Positions 1 through 9,205 of a DNA stretch of 64,000 nucleotides are shown here, piece after piece. The translations under genes were made by a program, and so were the position numbers. Every line of letters starts with the position of its first letter. The first letter of the stretch is position 1. The notes below the pieces were generated by a model. That model made no database searches, was not told the DNA's origin, and saw only the letters and a list, made by a program, of their open reading frames with translations. The stretch covers positions 24,333 through 88,332 of the forward strand of contig CAZFCA010000003.1 of the NCBI GenBank assembly GCA_964517415.1, written 5' to 3'. Origin of the DNA: an uncultured Rhodospirillaceae bacterium (GTDB lineage: Bacteria; Pseudomonadota; Alphaproteobacteria; UBA9219).

Positions 1-124
1 TGCGGCCGCTAATGGCCGCATCGTCTGTGGATACATCAAAGCGGTGCGCATAAACGTAAAACCCGCCGACAAGGGCGGCGGCGAAGACGCAAACTACAGC
101 GATTGTAAAGGCTGGCTTTTTCAT
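1..124 (-). CDS. HlyD/EmrA-family efflux membrane-fusion protein, N-terminal fragment (runs off the window edge)
   Basis: Minus-strand translation from the ATG at 122-124 gives MKKPAFTIAVVCVFAAALVGGFYVYAHRFDVSTDDAAISGR. That is a single TM helix followed by the TDDA motif typical of EmrA/HlyD N-termini. The start overlaps the TetR stop by 4 nt (ATGA). Confidence 0.5.
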   Translation of the reverse strand, partial: MKKPAFTIAVVCVFAAALVGGFYVYAHRFDVSTDDAAISGR

Positions 125-774
125 GGGTGGTCCGTTTTGTTTTGAGGCGCGTAGATGGAAAGGAAAAGAGAGACCGTTCTTTTGATATGTGCGTCGACCT
201 TCTCCTCGGAAGGAAGCGGCGCATGAAGAAAAAGAATTTGCTGAAGCATCTCCCCCTTCAGAAGACTGAAAAATTGCCCTGAAGCATAGGCCGGATCAGT
301 CACATGCAGTTTGCCCTGCTGATGATATTTTTGAAGCAGCTCTGTAAAAGCCAAAACGACGCGCCCGGGGCCGATCTCGTAAAAGATGTTAGGAATATCG
401 GGACCGTGCAAAGCCTCGGCATGGATAATGCGAATGAGGCGAATGGATTCCGGCCTCAGAATCTTATCGAGAGCACCGCGAGAAATGGACATCAAAGCCT
501 GTTCAACCGGAAGTTGTATATACTCCTGTAGGTCGACAGGCATTCCGACCTTGTCGCACCGTGTTTCAATGATGGCTTTGAAGAGTTCTTTCTTGTCCTT
601 GAAATGACTGTAAATCGTCAGCTTGGAAACGCCTGCCTTTTTCGCAACCGCCTCCATGCTCGTTAATTCATAACCTTTTTTCAGAAAAAGCTGAGTGGCC
701 GCAAGCACAATATCTTCGCGCTTGGCGCTGTCTTTCGGCCTTCCTTGACGAATATGTTTTGAGCTTGCATTCAT
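121..774 (-). CDS. TetR/AcrR family transcriptional regulator
   Basis: N-terminal HTH with KREDIVLAATQLFLKKGYELTSMEAVAKKAGVSKLTIYSHFKDKKELF. The ORF-track ORF 121..828 is trimmed to the internal Met (MNASS) as the likely start. It sits immediately upstream of, and overlapping, the efflux membrane-fusion protein gene. Confidence 0.8.
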   Translation of the reverse strand: MNASSKHIRQGRPKDSAKREDIVLAATQLFLKKGYELTSMEAVAKKAGVSKLTIYSHFKDKKELFKAIIETRCDKVGMPVDLQEYIQLPVEQALMSISRGALDKILRPESIRLIRIIHAEALHGPDIPNIFYEIGPGRVVLAFTELLQKYHQQGKLHVTDPAYASGQFFSLLKGEMLQQILFLHAPLPSEEKVDAHIKRTVSLFLSIYAPQNKTDHP

Positions 775-848
775 AGTATACTGATCGGTACAGTTTATAT
801 TTCCATACAGCCAGTTCCGCCCAAACACAACAAAATTTTCACGAAGTG

Positions 849-1439
849 TTAAGATTTACAGATTTTGGCAAAAATCTTTTTAATGTAAGCCCCTGTGCCC
901 CTTAAGCTCCCACCCGTAGGAATAACATAATCCGCCCGCTTGCATTTTTCCGCATTTGGCATTTGCTTCGCCAAAATAGCGCGGAATAAAGCCTCGGTCA
1001 TCCCCTTGCGCGCAAGCACTCGGGCTTTTTGAACGGCGCGCGGCGCATTGACGCACAAAACGATATCGCACCGCTTATCCGCGCCCGTCTCGAACAGCAG
1101 GGGAATCTCCAAAATCGCCGCGGAAAATTTCTTCTTTCGAGCCTGTTTTATAAATTCCTTTTCCGATTTCCAAACAAAAGGATGCAGAATGCGCTCCAAT
1201 TGCTTTAGCTTTTTCGGATTTCCAAAAACAATTTTTCCAAGAGCCGCCTTATCCATTTTTCCTTTCCGAACGCACTCAGGAAAAAGTTTCGCGACGCGCA
1301 AAAAGGCCGGGCCGCCTTTCATCAAGGCCTTATGAACGGCCTCATCGGCGCTATGCACCGGATAGCCCATGCCGCGCAACATCTTTGCGACCGCGCTTTT
1401 GCCCATGCCGATGCTTCCCGTCAGGCCGATGACTAGCAT
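849..1439 (-). CDS. coaE: dephospho-CoA kinase
   Basis: P-loop IGLTGSIGMGKSAVAKML and overall CoaE architecture, about 196 aa. The start overlaps the aroE stop, matching the conserved aroE-coaE pairing. Confidence 0.9.
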   Translation of the reverse strand: MLVIGLTGSIGMGKSAVAKMLRGMGYPVHSADEAVHKALMKGGPAFLRVAKLFPECVRKGKMDKAALGKIVFGNPKKLKQLERILHPFVWKSEKEFIKQARKKKFSAAILEIPLLFETGADKRCDIVLCVNAPRAVQKARVLARKGMTEALFRAILAKQMPNAEKCKRADYVIPTGGSLRGTGAYIKKIFAKICKS

Positions 1440-2287
1440 TCCTTCGCCCCCTCCAGCACATGGCGGCGCAGATTGTCCGTCACTTCAGGATCGCGCCCGA
1501 AAAACGCCTTAAAAGACGGCCTGGCCTGATGCAAAAGCATGCCCAGCCCGTCGATGGTTTTATGCCCCCGCGCTTTCGCACGCCGCACTAAGTCCGTCTC
1601 CAACGGCGCATAAACAATATCGGTAACGGCGGCATGCTGAGGCAACTTCTCAAGAGAAAAAACCAAAGCCTCCTGCCCCTTCATTCCCAAAGACGTCGCA
1701 TTCGCCAGAAGAACAACCTCATTCAAAGCCTGCGGCGCCTTCTCCCAATCGATCACAGAAATTTTGCAAGCCGCCGTAGATAATCCTCTCGCTAAAATCT
1801 CGGCTCTCTCTCTTGTACGATTGGCCATGCGGATTTCCTCAAACCCCATGTTCTGAAGCGCGACTAAAACGGCGCGGCTCGCTCCGCCTGCGCCCAGAAC
1901 AAAGGCCGCGCCGCCATCGGGTTTAAAACCGGATGAAAGGAGGTTCTGCTCGAAACCGAAAGCATCCGTGTTGCTTCCCCTCAATCCGCCCTTTTCATCA
2001 ATAGAAACCAGATTAACTGCGCCGATGCGCTCGGCAAAGGGATCAACCGCATCCATTAGTCTCAAAGCCGCGATTTTATGCGGAATGGTCAAATTAACGC
2101 CACAAAAGCCTTTTTCCTTTAATGCGCGCAACGCCGAAGGCAATTTTTCAGGTTCAACTGCAAGGGCCTCATAAGCGCCTTCGATGTCATAGGCCTGCAA
2201 CCAGAAGGCATGCAACCGCGGGGACAACGAATGCCCGACTGGCCACCCCATAATGCCCGCTTTTGGAATAAACTTTTGCACCACCAA
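1433..2287 (-). CDS. aroE: shikimate dehydrogenase
   Basis: Motifs GWPVGHSLSPRLH, GVNLTIPHK and NTDAFGF, plus a Rossmann GAGGASRA segment. The true start may be the internal Met near 2251. Confidence 0.9.
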   Translation of the reverse strand: MVVQKFIPKAGIMGWPVGHSLSPRLHAFWLQAYDIEGAYEALAVEPEKLPSALRALKEKGFCGVNLTIPHKIAALRLMDAVDPFAERIGAVNLVSIDEKGGLRGSNTDAFGFEQNLLSSGFKPDGGAAFVLGAGGASRAVLVALQNMGFEEIRMANRTRERAEILARGLSTAACKISVIDWEKAPQALNEVVLLANATSLGMKGQEALVFSLEKLPQHAAVTDIVYAPLETDLVRRAKARGHKTIDGLGMLLHQARPSFKAFFGRDPEVTDNLRRHVLEGAKEC

Positions 2288-2373
2288 ACCTCGCTAGAAA
2301 GATTCACTTTTCTTCTACACGAAACCGCTCCCACAGACTATTCTTTCCGTTGATTCTAACTTAATCCCAAATC

Positions 2374-3024
2374 ATGCCCTCTGTGTTTCTTCTCATCCCC
2401 GATGCGCCGCTGCGCGAAGCCGTCACCGAGCAAATCCTGACGGAAAAGTTGGCCGCGCCCATCGCGCTTGAAAACCCGAATGACTTCGCCCCACGCGACG
2501 AAGACAGCGGCGATATCGTCATCATAGACGAACCAGCAGCAGGGGAAGAAACGCAAAGCATCCTTCGTTTTTTCCAGAACCGTTCACAGCCGCCCGTGAC
2601 CCTCCTGTTAAGCAAGGCAGACGATTTCGAGGACGCGACCGAAACTTTCATCAAACCCTTCCGCCTTGGGCATTTAATGGCGCGGCTTCGCTATTACATC
2701 GAAACGGCGCCCAAGCTACGCGACAAGGTTGTTTTTTTCGGTCCCTACCGGTTAGAGCCGCAAAAAAGGCACCTCTTTCGCGACGACGACAACCCAATAC
2801 GCCTGACAGAAAAAGAAACCGCCCTTCTGGTTTTCTTGGCGCAGGCCGATCTGCCTGCGTCTCGGCAGGAGATTCTGGCTGCCGTCTGGGGATATGACGA
2901 GCGTATCGACACCCACACGCTTGAAACGCATGTTTATCAACTTCGGCGCAAGATCGACCTTGACGGCGAAAATTGGCTGGTATTCGAGTCGGGCGCCTAT
3001 GGTCTTGCGGGTAAGAAAGCATGA
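2374..3024 (+). CDS. OmpR/PhoB-type winged-helix transcriptional regulator with a degenerate (pseudo-)receiver domain
   Basis: The C-terminal trans_reg_C-like segment reads LTEKETALLVFLAQADLPASRQEILAAVWGYDERIDTHTLETHVYQLRRKI. The N-terminal ~115 aa are receiver-like but I see no clear phospho-acceptor Asp/Lys signature. There is a 4-nt overlap with the downstream lipoprotein gene. Confidence 0.7.
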   Translation: MPSVFLLIPDAPLREAVTEQILTEKLAAPIALENPNDFAPRDEDSGDIVIIDEPAAGEETQSILRFFQNRSQPPVTLLLSKADDFEDATETFIKPFRLGHLMARLRYYIETAPKLRDKVVFFGPYRLEPQKRHLFRDDDNPIRLTEKETALLVFLAQADLPASRQEILAAVWGYDERIDTHTLETHVYQLRRKIDLDGENWLVFESGAYGLAGKKA

Positions 3025-3596
3025 AGCGTTTTTTAGTCCTTCTTCTTATATGCGTTCTTTCGGCCTGCGGCGGTTCGCCTTCAAAGCCCTCCTACAAGAA
3101 TATGACCGGCAAGGGATTGTCCAAAACGCAGCCCGACCGCGATCCCAGACGTCGCATTGTCATCGTCTATCCTTATACGAAAGAAAAAGCCGACGTCGTT
3201 TATTATCACGACGGCCTCTACGATTCCGCCGCGCTGCGCAAGATCGAGCGCGTGATGCGCGACCGGCACGATAATGTGGCGGGCGAAATTGATCCTGAGC
3301 TGATCGATTATATGGTCGATATGCGCAAAAGGCTTGGACTGCCAGATAACGTGGTCTTTCAAATTCTTTCGGGCTACCGCACGCGCGACACGAATGAGCA
3401 GCTGGCGCACACCAACGGCAACGTCGCTAAAGATAGCCTTCACATGCACGGGTGGGCAGTTGATTTCCGCATCGAAGGAGTCAACGGCAAGGCCATATGC
3501 GAAATCGCCAAAACGATGCAGCGCGGCGGCGTCGCCTATTACCCCGAAGACAACCACGTCCACGTGGATATTGGCAATATCAGAACGTGGAAGTAA
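3021..3596 (+). CDS. DUF882 / peptidase M15A-like (YcbK-type) lipoprotein
   Basis: Lipobox LLICVLSAC, then HMHGWAVDF (H-x-x-G-x-A-x-D) and DNHVHVD metal-binding motifs of the YcbK/M15A fold. Confidence 0.75.
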   Translation: MKRFLVLLLICVLSACGGSPSKPSYKNMTGKGLSKTQPDRDPRRRIVIVYPYTKEKADVVYYHDGLYDSAALRKIERVMRDRHDNVAGEIDPELIDYMVDMRKRLGLPDNVVFQILSGYRTRDTNEQLAHTNGNVAKDSLHMHGWAVDFRIEGVNGKAICEIAKTMQRGGVAYYPEDNHVHVDIGNIRTWK

Positions 3597-3626
3597 AAAC
3601 AGAGGGCAGCAAACGGAATATCGCCA

Positions 3627-4967
3627 ATGGATAAAATCATGGAACCGTCAAACATCCTAAACGATCTCCTTGTCAAAGCCCGCGCGGCTGGCGCGGACGC
3701 GGCTGACGCTCTTTATGTCGAAGGCACAAGCCTTTCGGTTGCCATGCGCCTGGGCGTTGTGGAGCATCTGGAAAGATCGGAATCCGCCGACGTCGGCCTG
3801 CGCGTGTTCATCGGCCGTCGGCAAGCCGTCGTCTCCTCCACCGATCAAAGCGCCAAAGCTCTGGACGAACTCGCGTCCCGCGCCGTTGCCATGGCCAAGA
3901 TCGCGCCCGAAGATCCTTTTTGCGGCATAGCGGACGCGGGCGAAATTGCCAAAGAATATCCAACGCTCGAACAGGATTCCGCTCAGTATTCTGCCGAGCA
4001 ACTGATCGCCATGGTTCGCGAGGCGGAGGACGCCGCTCGCGCCGTCAAAGGCGTCACCAATTCCGACGGCGTCAACGCCGGATGGGAATCCTCGCGCGTC
4101 GCGCTGGCCGCTAGCAACGGCTTTTTCGGGGAAAAAAGGCATTCCGGCTATAGCCTCAGCGCCTCGGTGCTGGCGGGCGAAGGAACGGAAATGGAGCGCG
4201 ACTACGAATATGCCGCGCGCGTTTTCGCCGCCGACTTGCCCTCCCCTAAATGGATCGGCGAAAAGGCGGCGCAACGCGCCGTCAGCCGCCTGAATCCGCG
4301 CAAGATGCCGACATCCCGCGTTCCTGTCTTCTTCGACCCTCGCGTCGCCTGCGATCTGGTCGGCACGATGCTGGGCGCGATATCCGGCGCATCGGTCGCG
4401 CGCGGCACCAGCTTCCTCAAAGACAAACTTGGGCAAAAGATTTTCCCCGAAGCGATAACGATTATCGAGGACCCCCATCGCGCGAGGGGGTTGCGCTCCC
4501 GCGCTTTCGATGCGGAGGGCATCCTTCCCCAAAAGCGCAAACTGATCGATGCAGGAACGCTGACGACATGGCTTCTTGATCTGCGCTCGGCGCGCCAATT
4601 GAAAATGCGCAGCACAGGGCACGCGTCGCGCTCGCCGGGCGGCACGCCCTCGCCTTCAGCAAGCAACGTCCATATGGAGCCGGGGACTCCTCTGCCCTTT
4701 GATTTGATGCGCGATGTCGGGCAAGGCTTTTACGTGACCGAAACCATGGGCATGGGCGTCAATGGCGTGACGGGCGATTACAGTCAGGCGGCAGCGGGCT
4801 TCTGGATCGACAAAGGGCAACTGGCCTTTCCCGTAAGCGAAATGACGATTGCCGGAAATCTGAAAGACATGTTTATGAACATCACCGCCGCGAATGATCT
4901 TAATTTCGAACGCGGCATCAATGCGCCGACCTTGCGCATCGACGGCATGACCGTAGCAGGCACCTGA
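3627..4967 (+). CDS. pmbA: TldD/PmbA family metalloprotease (PmbA/TldE-like)
   Basis: 446 aa with the conserved C-terminal GMGVNGVTGDYSQAAAGFWIDKGQ region of TldD/PmbA proteins. Confidence 0.85.
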   Translation: MDKIMEPSNILNDLLVKARAAGADAADALYVEGTSLSVAMRLGVVEHLERSESADVGLRVFIGRRQAVVSSTDQSAKALDELASRAVAMAKIAPEDPFCGIADAGEIAKEYPTLEQDSAQYSAEQLIAMVREAEDAARAVKGVTNSDGVNAGWESSRVALAASNGFFGEKRHSGYSLSASVLAGEGTEMERDYEYAARVFAADLPSPKWIGEKAAQRAVSRLNPRKMPTSRVPVFFDPRVACDLVGTMLGAISGASVARGTSFLKDKLGQKIFPEAITIIEDPHRARGLRSRAFDAEGILPQKRKLIDAGTLTTWLLDLRSARQLKMRSTGHASRSPGGTPSPSASNVHMEPGTPLPFDLMRDVGQGFYVTETMGMGVNGVTGDYSQAAAGFWIDKGQLAFPVSEMTIAGNLKDMFMNITAANDLNFERGINAPTLRIDGMTVAGT

Positions 4968-6205
4968 TGTCCCTTTTGCGCGTGGCCGTCCTTGTCGATC
5001 TTCCCCGCGAACAGGCTTCCGGCGGACATGTGAAATATTGGGAGCGCCTAGCGCAGGCGGCGGCAAAGGAAAACGCCGCAGATCTCACCGTCTATTTTTC
5101 GGGCGAAGGCGCGGATGAAATTCTTTCACCCCATGTCCGCTTCCGTTATCTGCCCCCCGTATTCAGCACCGCGCGGTTAAAATTTCTGCCTTACGTTCCG
5201 GCGCACACCGACCTTGCCTCTTACCATTCGCGCCTCGCGAAGGAACTGGCGGCGTATGACGTCATCCATACGGCAGACGCCTTCTTCGCCTTTGCTAAAA
5301 CAGCCGAGCGCATCGCAAAGAAACGGCATATTCCGCTCGTAACCTCCTTCCATACCGACACCCCCGCCTATGCCGAGGTTTTCACGCGCCAAACACTGCA
5401 AAAACTTTTTGGAATGAAATTCGGGAATTGGCTCGACGATACATTCCAAATTTCCCGCCGCCAAAGGCGCAGCAAGGAAAAACGGCTGAAGAAGCATCTT
5501 TGCGCCTGCTCCGCCGCGCTGGCGATGCGGCGTGAAGATGTGCTCGCCTCGCGCGAAGCGCTTTCGCCCGATAAAGTTATGCCCATGCGGCTTGGCGTGG
5601 ATAAAAATCTTTTTAAGCCGCGCCCCGAAGCTCGCGCGCAGGTAGAAAACGATTATAAAATTCCTCCGGATAAATTCCTTGTTCTTTTTGTAGGGCGCGT
5701 GGATATCGGCAAAAATATGCCATTGCTTTTGAAAGCCTGCCGCGAAGCGATTCAAAAGGGCATGCCGCTGCATATGCTTGTGGCGGGATTGGGTCCCATG
5801 GCTGACGAGGTCAAAGCAACCTTAGGCGGAAACGCATCGCTTGCCGGATTAATACCCACGGAAAAACTGGCACAGTTTTATGCCGCCGCGGATTGCCTTG
5901 CCATGGCGTCGGATATTGAAATCGGCGGCCTTGTTGGGGTCGAGGCGCTGGCATGCGGATGCCCCGTCCTCACGTCGAACAAGAACGGCGTTGCGGCCTT
6001 GTGCGAACATACGCCCGCGATGCAGGAAGTCGAAAGCGCTAGCGACGCATGGACCGATGCCCTGCTGGCGCTTTGGCGCGACAAAGGCAAAAAATCCGCC
6101 ATGCGCGAAGCGGCGCTGTCTTTCCGCAACGAAAAACTCGCGGACTGGACAGAAGTCTTCAAAGAAAATTTTCTGCCCGTATGGAGAAGCGCACGCCAAA
6201 AGTGA
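4967..6205 (+). CDS. glycosyltransferase family 4 (GT1 group)
   Basis: Central GRVDIGKNMPLLLKA, then EALACGCPVLTSNKNG, the typical GT4 nucleotide-sugar binding region. The start overlaps the pmbA stop. Confidence 0.8.
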   Translation: MSLLRVAVLVDLPREQASGGHVKYWERLAQAAAKENAADLTVYFSGEGADEILSPHVRFRYLPPVFSTARLKFLPYVPAHTDLASYHSRLAKELAAYDVIHTADAFFAFAKTAERIAKKRHIPLVTSFHTDTPAYAEVFTRQTLQKLFGMKFGNWLDDTFQISRRQRRSKEKRLKKHLCACSAALAMRREDVLASREALSPDKVMPMRLGVDKNLFKPRPEARAQVENDYKIPPDKFLVLFVGRVDIGKNMPLLLKACREAIQKGMPLHMLVAGLGPMADEVKATLGGNASLAGLIPTEKLAQFYAAADCLAMASDIEIGGLVGVEALACGCPVLTSNKNGVAALCEHTPAMQEVESASDAWTDALLALWRDKGKKSAMREAALSFRNEKLADWTEVFKENFLPVWRSARQK

Positions 6206-6307
6206 TATCATTAACCCTATTTGCGCACAGATTTCTTTCCGCGCTAGATTTACTTTAAAAGATCTATGTAATAGCTTCCAGCATCATCATTATTCATGGA
6301 GAGAATT

Positions 6308-6472
6308 ATGGACATTAAAGCTGCGCCCCCCAAAGAGGCATCGGTGGAAATTTTAGTAGGTTCAGTTGATAGCAACGTTTCTCAGGAAGCGACCAAAAAG
6401 GAAGATCCCTCTCGCCGCGCTCGCGTGTGGCAAGGCCTTCAGGGACAGCCCTTCGGAATTAACCCGCGCTAA
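6308..6472 (+). CDS. small hypothetical protein (54 aa)
   Basis: ATG preceded by a GGAGAG Shine-Dalgarno, below the ORF-track length cut-off. No recognisable family. It could equally be non-coding leader sequence. Confidence 0.25.
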   Translation: MDIKAAPPKEASVEILVGSVDSNVSQEATKKEDPSRRARVWQGLQGQPFGINPR

Positions 6473-6579
6473 CCCGAAGCCGGATTTAATCATTTCAATC
6501 AGGACACCCTATGTCTTGCGCATGGAACGTCCATAGAAATGACGATGCAATGATGAGAAATGGCTTCCAATAAAAAACG

Positions 6580-7022
6580 CCAGACGGTCTATAAGCCGGG
6601 TTCTGTCCTGCTCCTTACCAAAGGTAAGTAACAGGGACGATCATTCATCTAGGGCATTCGTTGCCGAATGCCTCGAGCAACCAACCCGAGCCGCGCGCGG
6701 GGAAAACGCCGAGTCTGCCCAAGGGCAAACGCTATGCGGCTCCTATTCGGTCTTGCTTCGGGTGGGGTTTTCCGTGCCGTTCCCGTTGCCGGAAACGCGG
6801 TGCGCTCTTACCGCACCTTTTCACCTTTTCCCCGCCTTTTGGAGGCAAGGTAGTCTGTTTTCTGTGGCACTTTCCTTTAGGTCGCCCTAACCGGACGTTA
6901 TCCGGCACCCTTTTCCCCTGAAGCCCGGACTTTCCTCCTGCCACTTGAAATAGAGAATTTCGTTAATAAACAATTAACTACGCTCTATATTTCAAGTGAC
7001 AGGCGATCATCCGACCGTCTGG
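6580..7022 (-). ncRNA. rnpB: RNase P RNA (bacterial type A) with an expanded P3 hairpin
   Basis: The minus-strand transcript contains the universally conserved blocks AGGAAAGUCCGGGCUUC (P4 5' strand), GGUGAAAAGGUGCGGUAAGAGCGCACCGC, CCUAGAUGAAUGA and ACAGAACCCGGCUUAUAG (P4 3' strand). The P1 helix is CCAGACGGUC at the 5' end pairing with GACCGUCUGG at the 3' end, followed by a U-run. The ORF-track ORFs 6661..6921, 6668..6853 and 6732..6944 are artefacts of this RNA. Confidence 0.85.
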
Positions 7023-7201
7023 CACTGCCTTCATATCACAAAAAGCCTGTCTCTCAAAAACAACATTCTTGGTTAAAAACCAAATATTAACATACTTATG
7101 TCTTATATGAATTAGCAATAATCCCGCTTTAATGGTAAATTCCTTTCCGGAATTCTTTTCGTTTTCGTACCGGTTTCTGGATTCATCCTAAGGAGAAAAA
7201 A

Positions 7202-8254
7202 ATGAAGAAAATCACCCTTTCGTTTCTGGCATTGGCCGCGACCGTCGTCTTGTCCCCGGCAGCCCATGCCCGCACGACCCCAACTGGCTGGTATGCAGGC
7301 GCAGGCGTCGGCGGAACCTTCCCAACGGACGCCGATATCCGTTCCGCTGGCGGCAAGGTCAAAGTCAAGAACCATGGCGCCAATCTCGATGCCATCGCTA
7401 ATGTCGGCTATGCATGGCCGTTCGGCGTTCGCGTCGAAGCGCAATATCTGCACAACCAGTATAACGTGCACAAAGTTGACGGTGCAGCCGGCTTTGGCCA
7501 TTTAATCAATAACGCCGTGTTCGCCAACGTCCTTTATGATTTCGACATGGATTCGATGTTCACTCCATATGTTGGCGCCGGCATCGGTCCCGATTTCGTA
7601 AATATCAAAAACTATGGCAACGGCGGCTATGGGTTCCTCCATGGCGATACCATCGTCGCGGCCTATCAAGGCATCGCGGGCGTGGCCGCTCAGCTGGACA
7701 GAAACTGGGCCGTTACCGCCGACTATCGTTACATCAGCTCTTGGGATCCCAAGGTCAACTATACCGGCGGCGGCAAAGGACGAACAGAGAATGCGTCGCA
7801 TAACGTCATTCTTGGCGTACGTTATAGCTTCGGCGCTCCCGAAGCTGCCCCGCCAGCCCGCACGGCCGAAGCGCCCATGGTGTCGCCCGCCCCGTCGCAG
7901 CCTGTCGCGGCCCCGGTTGCCGAACAAAACTTTACGGTCTTCTTCGACTTCGACAAGTCCGTTCTCGGCCCCGAAGCCAAGCGGATCGTCGCTTCCGCCG
8001 TTCAACAGTTTAAGAAGGACGGCCTGGCGAAGATTAGCATCACAGGCCATACCGATACGGTCGGCACGCCTGAATATAACAAGCGTCTATCCGAACGCCG
8101 CGCCGCTGCGGTCGAGGAAGAGATCAGAAAATACGGCATCTCTACTCAACACATCGCGAAACGGGGTGTTGGAGAGAACGACTTGCTGATCCCGACAGCG
8201 GACGGCGTTCGCGAAGCGCAGAACCGCCGCGCGGAGATCGTTCTGGCTAAGTAA
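7202..8254 (+). CDS. OmpA-family outer-membrane protein (N-terminal beta-barrel, C-terminal OmpA peptidoglycan-binding domain)
   Basis: Signal peptide MKKITLSFLALAATVVLSPAAHA, a glycine/aromatic-rich barrel region, and a C-terminal ITGHTDTVGTPEYNKRLSERRAAAVEEEI...NRRAEIVL OmpA_C motif. Strong AAGGAG Shine-Dalgarno. Confidence 0.85.
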   Translation: MKKITLSFLALAATVVLSPAAHARTTPTGWYAGAGVGGTFPTDADIRSAGGKVKVKNHGANLDAIANVGYAWPFGVRVEAQYLHNQYNVHKVDGAAGFGHLINNAVFANVLYDFDMDSMFTPYVGAGIGPDFVNIKNYGNGGYGFLHGDTIVAAYQGIAGVAAQLDRNWAVTADYRYISSWDPKVNYTGGGKGRTENASHNVILGVRYSFGAPEAAPPARTAEAPMVSPAPSQPVAAPVAEQNFTVFFDFDKSVLGPEAKRIVASAVQQFKKDGLAKISITGHTDTVGTPEYNKRLSERRAAAVEEEIRKYGISTQHIAKRGVGENDLLIPTADGVREAQNRRAEIVLAK

Positions 8255-8273
8255 GAGAACTAAATAGACAAGA

Positions 8274-8306
8274 AAACGCCGCATGATGAATGCGGCGTTT
8301 TTTTTG
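8274..8306 (+). terminator. Rho-independent terminator after the OmpA-family gene
   Basis: GC-rich hairpin AACGCCGCAU...AUGCGGCGUU followed by a U8 run. Confidence 0.7.
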
Positions 8307-8509
8307 CGCTGTTCGTGAACAGATCTTCCACTTCCAAAAGCAGCAAAACTATAGTAAGATGCAAAATCATTTTTGAGGATTTTATGTCTATCCTTCCTGT
8401 TCATTTCCTTCGAAAGTGCCGGTAACGGCCATATATCCCCCTTTGCCGAATCAAGGCTATATTTACTCGGCATCCTCGGACGCCCCCCCCTTTAAACGGA
8501 AGGTTTCTC

Positions 8510-9187
8510 ATGAAATATGCACTCATCGGCACCGGCAAAACCGGCGGCGTGGTTTTGGAATCGCTGCCCGCAGAAGACGTTATCGCCGTATTCAACGAAG
8601 AAAGTCCCGTCACGGAAGCCAAGCTCAAAAAGGCCGATGTTGGCATCGTCTTCGTTCCGGGCCAGCCCATGCGCTATCTTTTGCCTCTTTTGCTGGACTC
8701 GGGCGTTCCTATGGTGATCGGCACCACGGGTTACGAATGGCCGCAAGACCTCGATGCGCAGCTGAAAGAAAGAAAAACCCCGTGGATTATCGGCATGAAC
8801 TTCAGCATCGGGCTGAACGTGATGCGCCATTTTGCCGTGCGGATCAAAGCCGCCATGACTGCGCTAAGGCCGGACGCGTTACAGCTCGGCATTACCGAAA
8901 CGCACCATATCCATAAAGTCGATGCGCCCAGCGGCACAGCGATCAAGCTGGCGCAATACATCGATTTTCCGAAAGAAGATATAAAAGCCGTCCGCGAAGG
9001 CGAAGTGACCGGCACCCACACGATCGACTTTGGCTGGCCAAGCGAGCGTCTATCCATAACTCACGAAGCCTTTAACCGCACCATCTATGCCGAAGGCGTC
9101 AAGCTGGCTTGCGAGAAGATCAAGGGCTTGCCGCCCGGAATCCATGCATTTGAAAAACTCGCCGACGATTTAATCGAAACGAAATAA
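8510..9187 (+). CDS. dapB: 4-hydroxy-tetrahydrodipicolinate reductase (short form)
   Basis: N-terminal Rossmann IGTGKTGG and the DapB signature ETHHIHKVDAPSGTA. At 225 aa it is shorter than E. coli DapB. Confidence 0.8.
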   Translation: MKYALIGTGKTGGVVLESLPAEDVIAVFNEESPVTEAKLKKADVGIVFVPGQPMRYLLPLLLDSGVPMVIGTTGYEWPQDLDAQLKERKTPWIIGMNFSIGLNVMRHFAVRIKAAMTALRPDALQLGITETHHIHKVDAPSGTAIKLAQYIDFPKEDIKAVREGEVTGTHTIDFGWPSERLSITHEAFNRTIYAEGVKLACEKIKGLPPGIHAFEKLADDLIETK

Positions 9188-9205
9188 TAAGAAAGAAGGC
9201 TCCCC

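Noticed and set aside
6661-6944. Three overlapping ORFs (6661..6921 +, 6668..6853 +, 6732..6944 -) in a region with no other CDS
   Set aside because: They lie entirely inside the RNase P RNA gene. The open frames are a by-product of a GC-rich structured RNA, and their translations are low-complexity (R/P/G-rich) with no start context.
7112-7501. 129-aa minus-strand ORF overlapping the OmpA-family gene start
   Set aside because: The plus-strand gene has a strong Shine-Dalgarno, a signal peptide and a C-terminal OmpA domain. The minus frame is spurious.
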